Shown: one piece after another, positions 40,864 through 49,559 of the stretch
Numbering within the stretch: position 1 is the stretch's first letter
How the letters are laid out: each line of letters starts with the position of its first letter
Source of the DNA: an uncultured delta proteobacterium
GTDB lineage: Bacteria > Desulfobacterota > DSM-4660 > Desulfatiglandales > Desulfatiglandaceae
Reading direction: 5' to 3'
Length of the DNA: 64,000 nucleotides
NCBI GenBank assembly: GCA_963747015.1
Contig: CAVVEP010000018.1
Coordinates: 506 to 64,505, forward strand
Program-made: the position numbers and the translations under genes
The notes under the pieces: generated by a model
Databases searched by the model: none
What the model was told of the DNA's origin: nothing
Seen by the model: the letters and a program-made list of their open reading frames with translations, nothing else

Positions 40864-42276
40864 GTGGAAATAAAACAGAACGTTGGAACTCTTTCAGGGA
40901 ACTCCAGTGAAACTTCCCCCTTTCAGATACGGAACATCCGGCTCTTCATAGCTTTTCGGGTCTTTTTCAATTTCCGTTTTTACTATCCGGTCTTCGCCAT
41001 CCTTTTTCTGGACTTCGGGCTGACACTCGAACAGTTTGCCCTGCTCAACGTAATGTGGGCCATGACCATCGTCGTCCTCGAAGTACCTTCCGGCGCGCTC
41101 GCCGACACCATCGGCAGGAAAAACCTGCTCGTCTTTGCCGGGGCCTGCATGGTGGTGGAGATAGCGCTTCTCTGTTTCGCCCCTTTGGGAAATCCCCGAC
41201 TCCTTTTTTTTATTTTTCTTGCCAATCGCGTTTTGAGCGGCAGCGCCGAGGCGGCAGCCAGCGGCGCGGATGAATCGCTGGCGTACGACTCACTCAAAAA
41301 GGAAGGGGATGTAAACGACTGGGGCAAGGTCCTGGTCAGGCAGATGGGGGTTCGTTCCATCGGGTTCTTTGTGGCCATGAGCCTGGGGGCGGCGGTCTAT
41401 GACCCCGCGCTGTTGCAGCACCTGGCGGATTGGTTGGGCATGAAGATCTCTCTGACCCAGGAGATAACCTTGCGATTTCCCCTTTATCTAACACTCGTCT
41501 CGGCGATCGCAACCCTTTGCATTACTCTGGCCATGAAACGACTCACGCCTCAAGAATCAGCGGGAAAGGACTTCAAAGAAAAAGGCGCCCAATCCCTTGC
41601 AAACGCCCTGAAACTGACGTTCCGGGCAGGGGCATGGATATTGAAAACCCCCTTTGCCCTCGTCATTATCGCAACGGGTCTGATCTTTGACCATGTCCTC
41701 CGTATGATGATTACGCTGAGCAGCCAATACTACAGGCTGATCGACCTGCCGGAATCCTTGTTCGGCGTGATTGGGTCCGGTCTGGCCCTCCTGGGCCTTT
41801 TTATCCCTCGCCTCGCTTTGAAACTTGCCGCGAAACATACCCCCGCCTTTAATCTGGGGATCATGGCGATTATCACCCTTGCAGGATTTCTGGGAATCAC
41901 AATGTTTCTTCCCATCCTGGGGTTGATTCCCATGATCCTGCTTTCCAGTGTTATGTTTTTTCTCAGCTTTTTCGTAAGCCACTATCTGAACCGGATAACC
42001 GATTCCGCCCGGCGAGCCACTGTATTGAGTTTCAAGGGGTTATCCTATAACCTGGCCTACGGACTTATCGGCTTGTCTTATTCCCTGCTTTTAAGCATGC
42101 TTCGATCCCGCGCCTCGCAAACGGATGCGACCCTTGTCGGACAGGAACTTGAAAACAGGGTCTTCATGCAGTCCATGGATTGGTTTCCATGGTATTTCAT
42201 CGGAGCCATCTCCATTCTTCTGGCCTTTGCGGCATGGCAATTGAGGAATTCAGAGGAACATCAAAAGATCGGCTGA
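40864..42276 (+). CDS. MFS-type transporter
   Basis: 470 aa with 12 predicted TM segments and a GALADTIGRKN loop motif. GTG start uncertain. Confidence 0.7.
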   Translation: MEIKQNVGTLSGNSSETSPFQIRNIRLFIAFRVFFNFRFYYPVFAILFLDFGLTLEQFALLNVMWAMTIVVLEVPSGALADTIGRKNLLVFAGACMVVEIALLCFAPLGNPRLLFFIFLANRVLSGSAEAAASGADESLAYDSLKKEGDVNDWGKVLVRQMGVRSIGFFVAMSLGAAVYDPALLQHLADWLGMKISLTQEITLRFPLYLTLVSAIATLCITLAMKRLTPQESAGKDFKEKGAQSLANALKLTFRAGAWILKTPFALVIIATGLIFDHVLRMMITLSSQYYRLIDLPESLFGVIGSGLALLGLFIPRLALKLAAKHTPAFNLGIMAIITLAGFLGITMFLPILGLIPMILLSSVMFFLSFFVSHYLNRITDSARRATVLSFKGLSYNLAYGLIGLSYSLLLSMLRSRASQTDATLVGQELENRVFMQSMDWFPWYFIGAISILLAFAAWQLRNSEEHQKIG

Positions 42277-42304
42277 TCATGTCTTATTCAAGAATCCTGG
42301 CAGG

Positions 42305-42536
42305 AATGGAGTCACGAGGTCTTTTTTGCTGCCACGTCTTGGATAAACCTTCACCGACCGTTGAGAGGCCCTTTTATGCTGGTGCAACGAAACCCCTTGC
42401 GTTAAATCCTATTGTCCGTACCATCATAGAAGGGCCGGTGCTGCCATAGGAATCAGATGCGGCAGCAAAAAAGACCTCGTGACGGAATGGTTTTTCCGGG
42501 TCATTATTTTGCTACCAGGAAATTTGAATAGGATAC
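42305..42536 (+). repeat. Copy B of the ~232-bp nested-palindrome repeat family
   Basis: The outer inverted repeat GTCACGAGGTCTTTTTTGCTGCC (42311-42333) pairs with 42460-42482. The inner arms are degenerate. The conserved tail ends AATTTGAATAGGATAC at 42536. Confidence 0.85.
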
Positions 42537-42597
42537 GGCTGATCCATGATCGGGATGTTCCCGTATTCCGATGCGCCCGGTTTACTTCCCGTCTCCT

Positions 42598-44103
42598 TTA
42601 TGCCGCTTTTTTCAGGATTCCGGGAGAATTCGTCAGAGGTCTTGGCGAAACAGGCATGGAATGCACGTTGCCCGAAGACAGCTCTCTGGTCAACCAGCCG
42701 GTTTTCTGGGGCGTGATCGAGGCATAAAGGGCAATCCACCACAAGCCCGTTACCGAAAAAACACTGTAGGCAAACGCCCATAAAGCATCGCTGCTGCGAT
42801 AGCGGTAGATGAAAAACAAAAAGGGAAGGAGGCCTGCCGACACCGCGCCCAACAGCATCCGCATGCCCAATATCTCCGGCATGGATACAAGCCATCCAAG
42901 CAGGACCAGTTTCATGCACTGGCCCACGGTCAGGCTCATGAGACCCAACAGCAGGTTGATGCGCGCCCCCAGCATGGGTCCTTTTCGAAACGGAGTGAAC
43001 GCGAACCGCGTCAGCACCAGGGTCTCCCGGATATTGCTGCGGGCCCAGCGGAGGAACATCTTGCACAAGCCCCGGTACCCGGTGGGCGCCTTGGTGTACA
43101 CCACCGCGGTACTCTGAAAATGGACGTAATAGCCCAATTTCAAAATCATATTGGTCATGGCCCGGTCTTCGCCGATGTTGGCCGGACGCCCCAGGAACTT
43201 CTGATAAATCCACTGGGGCAATACCTGTCTCACCAAGTCGCTTCGATAGGCCGACAAGGCCCCCGGACTGCACATGACGGTGTTGACCATGCTCTGGCTG
43301 ACCCTTAAAAAATCAAAGGAAAACGCGAAATTGACATCCAGCATCCGCGGAATAACACCCTCATTCAGGTTGAGAATCCTCACATTTCCCGCCACCGCGC
43401 CCACCTTTTCATTCTGGATGAAAGGGGCCACCAGACAGCGGATGGTTTGAGGCTCAACCTGGGAGTCGCTGTCAATGGTGACAAAAATCTCGCTCCGGCA
43501 ATGTCTGAAGCCGGCAAAAAGGGCACGCCGCTTCCCTTGGTTTTTGGGCATGCGGATCGGCGTGATGCGGCCCGGCATCTCCCGCGCCGCCTGCTGAATC
43601 CAGAACCAAGTATCATCCTTGCTGCCATCGTCAACGGCGACGATGTTCAGCTTTCCCGCGGGGTAGTCGCTTTGGGCAATGCTTCGAAGGGTATCCAGCA
43701 CCTGCCGTCCTTCGTTATAAGCGGGCACGATTACGCCACAGGTAGGCAATTTTTCGTCCAAACACAGGGGCGCAGGGCGATATTTCAACACCAACGCCAC
43801 GCGCCAAATCAAGGTCAAAACGAATAGGACCAGCGAGACCTTGAAAGTCACGAGCAGCATTCTTCCCAACGGACCCGAGAAGACCAGATGACCGGAGCCT
43901 TTCTGTATAAAGACCAAACTGACGATAAACGCCACACATACAAGGATCAAGATCTTTGCGGCCGGATCATGGATACCGTGTTTGCGGCCGGGGAAGGAAA
44001 TAGAAGACCTGGAAATGGGCGTCTCGGAAACGCCGTTTTTCAGCGGTTCGTCTAATTCGCCCTCCTTTTCGGAAAAGGATTTATCTGCCACAATTATATT
44101 CAT
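42598..44103 (-). CDS. Processive family 2 glycosyltransferase (cellulose/chitin/hyaluronan-synthase-like polysaccharide synthase)
   Basis: VIVPAYNEG, VAVDDGSKD, QGKRRAL, TIDSDS, GEDRAMT and a LRWARS (QxxRW-like) motif, with flanking TM helices. Confidence 0.85.
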   Translation of the reverse strand: MNIIVADKSFSEKEGELDEPLKNGVSETPISRSSISFPGRKHGIHDPAAKILILVCVAFIVSLVFIQKGSGHLVFSGPLGRMLLVTFKVSLVLFVLTLIWRVALVLKYRPAPLCLDEKLPTCGVIVPAYNEGRQVLDTLRSIAQSDYPAGKLNIVAVDDGSKDDTWFWIQQAAREMPGRITPIRMPKNQGKRRALFAGFRHCRSEIFVTIDSDSQVEPQTIRCLVAPFIQNEKVGAVAGNVRILNLNEGVIPRMLDVNFAFSFDFLRVSQSMVNTVMCSPGALSAYRSDLVRQVLPQWIYQKFLGRPANIGEDRAMTNMILKLGYYVHFQSTAVVYTKAPTGYRGLCKMFLRWARSNIRETLVLTRFAFTPFRKGPMLGARINLLLGLMSLTVGQCMKLVLLGWLVSMPEILGMRMLLGAVSAGLLPFLFFIYRYRSSDALWAFAYSVFSVTGLWWIALYASITPQKTGWLTRELSSGNVHSMPVSPRPLTNSPGILKKAA

Positions 44104-44445
44104 TATTATTTTTTCCTTGTAATTAAGAGATGGTAATTCGCATTGTTTTCATCCATAATCACGAATGCGTGCCTATAAAAAACCCGCCCCTGTAGTTCTT
44201 AGAGCGTTGCATGCGCCTCTTTCCCGACCTACGGAGCAAAGGCCATGCGCTGTTAATAGCAAGAGTTATGCCGTCTTGGCGACTTCCTCTTCCCGATGAA
44301 AAAGATCCGTATTTCTGATGGTTGATTACATCAGGGCGGTGCGGCAAAAAAGCGTTGTAGGAATCCGCGGTTCCGAATCCGAAGAAAAGAGATACGGCAT
44401 TTCTCAATTTTCCCGGATTTTTTCGACAGGTTTTAAAGGTCTTCT

Positions 44446-45573
44446 ATGGATGGAATAAAAAAGAATCCCATGTACCGGTTCCTGCTGGTTCTCACCATCA
44501 GTTCAACGGTCGGTCTTCAGACCTGGATGATCCTTTTCAACAATTTTGCCGTGGAAAACGTCGGTCTCTCCGGGGAAAGCATCGGGATCATCCAATCCGT
44601 GCGGGAAATACCGGGATTTCTTACCTTCCTGGCGATCTTCGTGATGTTGCTCATCAAAGAGCACCGTCTTTCAGCCATTTCCATCGTCACATTGGGTCTG
44701 GGCCTGGGGGCAACGGGGTTGTTTCCTTCACGCTCGGGATTGATCGTTACTACCATGATTTTCAGCCTCGGGTTTCACTATTACGAGACAACCAACCAAT
44801 CCCTCACCCTCCAGTACTTTGACAAGACCAGGTCTCCCTGGGTCTTCGGAAAACTGCGCAGCATAGCCGCGGCATCCAACATTGCCATCGGCATCGCCAT
44901 TTATCTTCTCTCCACTCTCCTGGATTTTGCCCAGACATACCTTTGCGTAGGCGTCTTCATTCTTGCGGCAGGCATCTGGGGACTCCTGCAGAATCCTTTG
45001 GACAAAACCATCATTCCCCAGAGAAAGCGCCTTGTTTTCAAAAAAAAGTACTGGCTTTTCTACTTCCTTTCGTTCATGGCGGGCGCCAGGCGCCAGATAT
45101 TCATAGCCTTTGCCGTATTTCTCATGGTCAAGAAATTCCATTTCACGGTTCACGAAGTCACCATCCTGTTCGTAATGAACAATGTGATAAACTATTTTCT
45201 CAGTCCGTTCATCGGCAAAAGCATCATACGGTATGGAGAGAGAAAAGTGCTCTCGCTGGAATACTTTAGTCTTATATTCATCTTTTTGGCGTATGCAATG
45301 GTGGAGACCAAGATACTCCTTGGCGCTCTCTATATCCTTGACCACATCTTCTTCAATTTTGCCATCGCCATCCGAACCTATTTCCAGAAAGTGGGGGACC
45401 CCAAAGATATCGCCCCCAGCATGGCGGTGGGTTTCACCATAAATCATATTGCGGCGGTGTTCCTTCCCGCCCTCGGAGGCATGCTGTGGATGGTCGATTA
45501 CCGCATTCCCTTTGTAGCCGGCGCCTGCATGAGCGTGGTTTCTCTTGCGGCGGTTCAAAAGATCCGGACGTAA
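44446..45573 (+). CDS. MFS-like membrane transporter
   Basis: 375 aa, multi-pass hydrophobic protein. Confidence 0.65.
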   Translation: MDGIKKNPMYRFLLVLTISSTVGLQTWMILFNNFAVENVGLSGESIGIIQSVREIPGFLTFLAIFVMLLIKEHRLSAISIVTLGLGLGATGLFPSRSGLIVTTMIFSLGFHYYETTNQSLTLQYFDKTRSPWVFGKLRSIAAASNIAIGIAIYLLSTLLDFAQTYLCVGVFILAAGIWGLLQNPLDKTIIPQRKRLVFKKKYWLFYFLSFMAGARRQIFIAFAVFLMVKKFHFTVHEVTILFVMNNVINYFLSPFIGKSIIRYGERKVLSLEYFSLIFIFLAYAMVETKILLGALYILDHIFFNFAIAIRTYFQKVGDPKDIAPSMAVGFTINHIAAVFLPALGGMLWMVDYRIPFVAGACMSVVSLAAVQKIRT

Positions 45574-45677
45574 CTTCCGATCGCGGAATATTTATCCCGC
45601 TTGAATTCGGGATGCATTTCCTGTAAGAAAGCACCTTTGAAAGAATTTTCACGTATCTTATTCAAAAATTCCGGCAG

Positions 45678-45909
45678 AATGGAGTCATGAGGTCTTTTTT
45701 GCTGCCACATCTTGGATAAACCTTTACCGACCGTTGAGAGGTCCTTCCATGCTGGTACAACGAAACCTATTGGATTCCCAGCGATTCTTTCCGTACCAGC
45801 ATGGAAGGACCGGCGCTCCATAGGAATCAGATGCGGCAGCAAAAAAGACCTCATGACGGAATGGTTTCCCGATGCTGTATTTCGCTGCCAGGGAATTTGA
45901 ATAGGATAC
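45678..45909 (+). repeat. Copy C of the ~232-bp nested-palindrome repeat family
   Basis: The outer inverted repeat GTCATGAGGTCTTTTTTGCTGCC pairs with GGCAGCAAAAAAGACCTCATGAC. A perfect 19-bp inner inverted repeat, GGTCCTTCCATGCTGGTAC with GTACCAGCATGGAAGGACC. Conserved tail to 45909. Confidence 0.85.
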
Positions 45910-45973
45910 GATAAAATACGTTTTGACGGCCTGTCAACGAGTCAATGCGTGGAAATGAGGAGGCAAAAACACG

Positions 45974-46843
45974 TTGGAAAAAGTCATTATAGACGGAGTG
46001 GAACTCCACCTGAGCGAACCCGATGAAGTGCCCATGCGCTGGGTTGGCCAGCAAGATCTGATTACACAGGTCCTGGCCGCATGGCTGGTTATCGGAGACG
46101 AAGATTTTGCGCTGAGTCCCAGGCTGGTGGGCAAACCCGGCGTAGGAAAGACAACCCTGGCCTATCATGCCGGCCGCTCGCTGAATCGACCGGTCTACCT
46201 TTTTCAGTCCACCATGGACACCCGGCCTGAAGACCTCATCATCACGCCCGTTATTTCGGAAAAAGGGAAAATAAAATATGTGGCGAGTCCGGTCGTCTCC
46301 GCCATGATCAAGGGCGGCATCGCCGTGGTGGATGAAGGGAACAGGATGAGCGAAAAGAGCTGGGCTTCCCTTGCTCCCCTCCTTGACAGCAGACGGTATG
46401 TGGAATCCATTGTAGCGGGAATCAAGATCAAGGCCCATCGGGAATTTCGTTTCTGCACCACCATGAACGATGATGCCAGCACTTTTGAACTGCCCGAATA
46501 CATCCATTCCAGACTTCAGCCCCGGATCTATCTCGATTTTCCGGAAAGAGAAGAGGAACTTCTGATTTTGAAAAGCAACCTTCCGTTTGCGGATGACGAT
46601 ATCCTGGATTATGTGGTGGATTTTCTCCAGGCCGCGCACGGCGCGGACGAACGATATTCCGTACGAGACGGCATAAACATCGCCCGTTACGCACTCAAGC
46701 GACTCTCCGCCTTTGAAAATGAGGAGAATGACCGGGATGGAACGCCCGATACAACGCGATTCCTCAAGGAGGCCGCTTCCATGATTCTGGATAGTTCCGC
46801 ATCCGACTATTTTTCCGAGCTGATTGATGGCGCCGACCAGTAA
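45974..46843 (+). CDS. AAA+ ATPase, AAA_5 type (CbbQ/NorQ/MoxR-like)
   Basis: Walker [10 protein letters not shown] and Walker [17 protein letters not shown]...SRL sensor region. About 290 aa, as in CbbQ/NorQ. TTG start. Confidence 0.8.
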   Translation: MEKVIIDGVELHLSEPDEVPMRWVGQQDLITQVLAAWLVIGDEDFALSPRLVGKPGVGKTTLAYHAGRSLNRPVYLFQSTMDTRPEDLIITPVISEKGKIKYVASPVVSAMIKGGIAVVDEGNRMSEKSWASLAPLLDSRRYVESIVAGIKIKAHREFRFCTTMNDDASTFELPEYIHSRLQPRIYLDFPEREEELLILKSNLPFADDDILDYVVDFLQAAHGADERYSVRDGINIARYALKRLSAFENEENDRDGTPDTTRFLKEAASMILDSSASDYFSELIDGADQ

Positions 46844-48647
46844 AGACAAAATTCAGTGGAAAAATATCCGCATGGCGCCCGTCCTTCATAACAGGATGGA
46901 ATTCGCCATTGAGGTCAGGAATGCGTTCGAAGAATTCCGTCCTCAACATGTTGCGGTAGAATATCCGGACACCTTGAAAGACAAGATCCTGGAAGGAGTG
47001 AAAAGGCTTCCTCTCCTTTCCGTGGTCCATTATGAAGAAAAGGATGGAACCTTTATCTATCTTCCGCTGGAACCCACGGACGGTCAGGTCGAAGCCATCC
47101 GGCTTGCCCTTTCAAACGACATTCCCGTTCATTTTGTGGACCGGGACACGGAAGGCTATCCTCTTGATTTTTCTCCCATGCCCGATCCCTATGCCGTCAC
47201 CAGGATAGGATATTTCTCTTACTGCAATGCCTATCTCAAAATCAACAGGCGCCGCAACCGTTCTCCCGAGGATACACTCAGAGAAAAAACCATCGCGCAT
47301 GCCCTGCTGGAATTAGGCAGGAACGGAGAGCGGGTCCTTTTTGTGGGAGGGCTTTTTCATATTTCCGGGATTCTGGAGTGTTTCAAAACCCCGCAGGTGC
47401 AGGTCATCGGGCGAAAGACTCGAAAAGGGGTGGGGCTTGCGCATCTTCACAGGGAATCGAGCAGGGAAATCATGGGCGAAATGCCCTTTCTCGCCGGCGC
47501 CTATGAGCAGAGCAGAACCGAAAAAGAAACACCTGACAGGATCGGCATTCACGGCGATCTTATCGAGGCGGCAAGAAAGGGCTACTGGAAAAACAGCAAG
47601 GAGGAGCTTTCCCATAACCAGATAAAAATATTCCATAAGTTCTCAAGGAATTATGCCTTGATCTCCGGCGCTCTGGTTCCTGATTTTTACCAGCTCATCG
47701 TGGCCGCGAGAGGCGCCGCCGATGACAATTTCGCTTTTGAGATATGGGAAAAGGGGAGTGAATATCCCTGGCAGACGGAAGAACCCGGGCTTCCCGTTCT
47801 TCGCCTCAAGGGAGAGGATCTTTTTCTGGACAGGAGGCGTATCCGTTTTCACAGGCAGATGAAAACCATGCGCAGGAGACTGGTCCCGGTGCCGGTCAGA
47901 AAAAAGCGAAAAGATCGCGACCCTGAAAAATGGCAAAAGGATTTCAAGGGATTGGCGATCTGTTCCTATCCTCCCGAAGACTTGGTAATTGAAGGCTACG
48001 GACAGCACCTGAAGAAGAAAGCACTTCAGATCAAGGCGGAGGAAAACATCCGGATCGAGCCGTTCACCTGTTCCATGCTCGACGGCATTGATATCAGAGA
48101 GACGATCCGGGAATGGACAACGGGCAAACTCTACGTAAGAGCGGAAAACCCCTTGAAAGGAAAAGTGGGTTCGGTGGTGGTGATTTTCGACCCCGATATG
48201 CCGGATGAAGCCCACGAGGAAAACTTTCCATGGTGCGTGACCTGGCTTGGAGAGCACAGCCAGGAATCGGATATGGCTTTCTACAGCACCCCTGCCGGAG
48301 AGGTCATGGAAGGCCCCGGGATCTCAAGATGTCAGTACGGGGGGTTCATGCTCACCTACCCTCCCCTCCGCGTTTACGACATATGGAGAGACCCTTTTTT
48401 TTCCTTTGCCAGGAACAAGCCCGAAAGGCTTCTCCTTGCGGCCCTTGATTACAGTGTTGAAAAGCATGTGGTCTATGTATCGGCCACGCCCCCTTCGGGC
48501 TGGTGTCTGAGCATGGCCGCGCGATTGGGGAAGAAGATCATCTTTCTGCCCATTGGAATCTTTTCCCCGGTCACGATGAAAAAGATTCGACAATTTCATG
48601 TCCTGGACGGTCACCCCGTAAGGAAGTACGCGGGGGAGTATATATAG
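46824..48647 (+). CDS. Large uncharacterised partner protein of the AAA+ ATPase (607 aa; no VWA/MIDAS motif seen)
   Basis: 20-nt overlap with the ATPase gene. N-terminus [37 protein letters not shown] is reminiscent of TraB/ChaN/DUF5682-type folds. I found no DxSxS MIDAS motif anywhere in it. Confidence 0.6.
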   Translation: MMAPTSKDKIQWKNIRMAPVLHNRMEFAIEVRNAFEEFRPQHVAVEYPDTLKDKILEGVKRLPLLSVVHYEEKDGTFIYLPLEPTDGQVEAIRLALSNDIPVHFVDRDTEGYPLDFSPMPDPYAVTRIGYFSYCNAYLKINRRRNRSPEDTLREKTIAHALLELGRNGERVLFVGGLFHISGILECFKTPQVQVIGRKTRKGVGLAHLHRESSREIMGEMPFLAGAYEQSRTEKETPDRIGIHGDLIEAARKGYWKNSKEELSHNQIKIFHKFSRNYALISGALVPDFYQLIVAARGAADDNFAFEIWEKGSEYPWQTEEPGLPVLRLKGEDLFLDRRRIRFHRQMKTMRRRLVPVPVRKKRKDRDPEKWQKDFKGLAICSYPPEDLVIEGYGQHLKKKALQIKAEENIRIEPFTCSMLDGIDIRETIREWTTGKLYVRAENPLKGKVGSVVVIFDPDMPDEAHEENFPWCVTWLGEHSQESDMAFYSTPAGEVMEGPGISRCQYGGFMLTYPPLRVYDIWRDPFFSFARNKPERLLLAALDYSVEKHVVYVSATPPSGWCLSMAARLGKKIIFLPIGIFSPVTMKKIRQFHVLDGHPVRKYAGEYI

Positions 48648-48669
48648 AATATAATCAAAGGAGAACACT

Positions 48670-49158
48670 ATGGAACCATGCCCCTGCGGCAGCGGCGAAC
48701 CTTATGCCGACTGTTGCGAACCCATCATTCGAAGAACCCGGAATGCCGAGACCCCCGAAGCCCTCATGAGATCCCGCTACACGGCCTATGTAAAAAAGGA
48801 ATTGGACCACCTGTACAATTCTCTCCACCCTTCCGAGAGAAAAGACTATAAGAAGGAAAAAGGCGCCGACTGGGCGAAGAATCTGGACTGGCAGTCGCTG
48901 GAGATCCTCAAGACCGAGGAGGGTGGACCCGACGACCAGGCGGGGACCGTGGAATTCATCGCCCGATACCGAAAGAAAGAAAACCCTTTCAACCATCATG
49001 AAATAGCGGAATTCATACGGGAAGACGGACAATGGTACTTTAAGGACGGCCATGCCCCCAAACCGGTGCAATCCATAAGGCAAGGCCCGAAAATCGGAAG
49101 AAATGACCCGTGCCCCTGCGGGAGCGGCAAAAAATACAAGAAATGTTGCGGCTCATGA
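48670..49158 (+). CDS. YchJ-family (UPF0225) protein with N- and C-terminal SEC-C metal-binding motifs
   Basis: [13 protein letters not shown] at the N-terminus, [14 protein letters not shown] at the C-terminus, and the central RSRYTAY motif. Confidence 0.85.
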   Translation: MEPCPCGSGEPYADCCEPIIRRTRNAETPEALMRSRYTAYVKKELDHLYNSLHPSERKDYKKEKGADWAKNLDWQSLEILKTEEGGPDDQAGTVEFIARYRKKENPFNHHEIAEFIREDGQWYFKDGHAPKPVQSIRQGPKIGRNDPCPCGSGKKYKKCCGS

Positions 49159-49170
49159 AAGGAGAAAAAA

Positions 49171-49455
49171 ATGACACTATGCCCCATAGCAATCGCGGTC
49201 GGTTGTAAAAAATGCCCCGTTTTCTCCGTGTGCCCGTTAAAGACCGTTATCGGAGACTATAAGAAAAAGGAAGCACCCAAAACCAAAGGCGGAAAGACTG
49301 GAAAAACCGCCTCAAAAAGCAGCAAAGCCGGAAGACCTGCGACGAAAAGCGCTAAAGCCGGGAAAACCGTGTCAAAAGGAAACAAGACGGGAAAGGCGGC
49401 GATGAAAAGCACGCAGACAGGAAAATCCGGCGCAAAGAGCAAAAAAAAGAAATGA
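49171..49455 (+). CDS. Cys4 N-terminal / lysine-rich repeat miniprotein (94 aa)
   Basis: 13-nt gap after ychJ, with GGAG upstream. MTLCPIAIAVGCKKCPVFSVCPLK is followed by four to five degenerate ~10-aa K.GK...K repeats and a KSKKKK end. Confidence 0.5.
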   Translation: MTLCPIAIAVGCKKCPVFSVCPLKTVIGDYKKKEAPKTKGGKTGKTASKSSKAGRPATKSAKAGKTVSKGNKTGKAAMKSTQTGKSGAKSKKKK

Positions 49456-49559
49456 TTTGATTCTCAGTCACATTTGTTTTAAGGATCTGTTCAGGAATAC
49501 ATCCCTGATGCATATTTTGGAAAAATCCTTTGTCATAAGGAAGAGATCCATGGATTACC

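Noticed and set aside
42512-43273. 253-aa ORF on the same strand as the GT2 synthase but in another frame
   Set aside because: It lies entirely inside the GT2 gene, whose own frame carries all the family motifs. The alternative frame is Gly/Pro/Arg/His-rich.
44104-44445. Long 5' leader of the GT2 synthase gene, checked for a c-di-GMP (GEMM) or other riboswitch
   Set aside because: I could not find the conserved GEMM-I/II core sequences, only generic hairpins such as CTGATG-N8-CATCAG. An Infernal scan would still be the decisive test.
45851-46849. 332-aa minus-strand ORF opposite the AAA+ ATPase gene
   Set aside because: It is antisense to a gene with clear Walker A/B motifs, and no motif of its own was recognised.
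49290-49440. Short tandem ~30-bp repeats considered as a CRISPR-like or satellite array
   Set aside because: The units are degenerate, have no spacers, and lie in-frame within an ORF encoding K.GK...K peptide repeats. No CRISPR array is present anywhere in the window.
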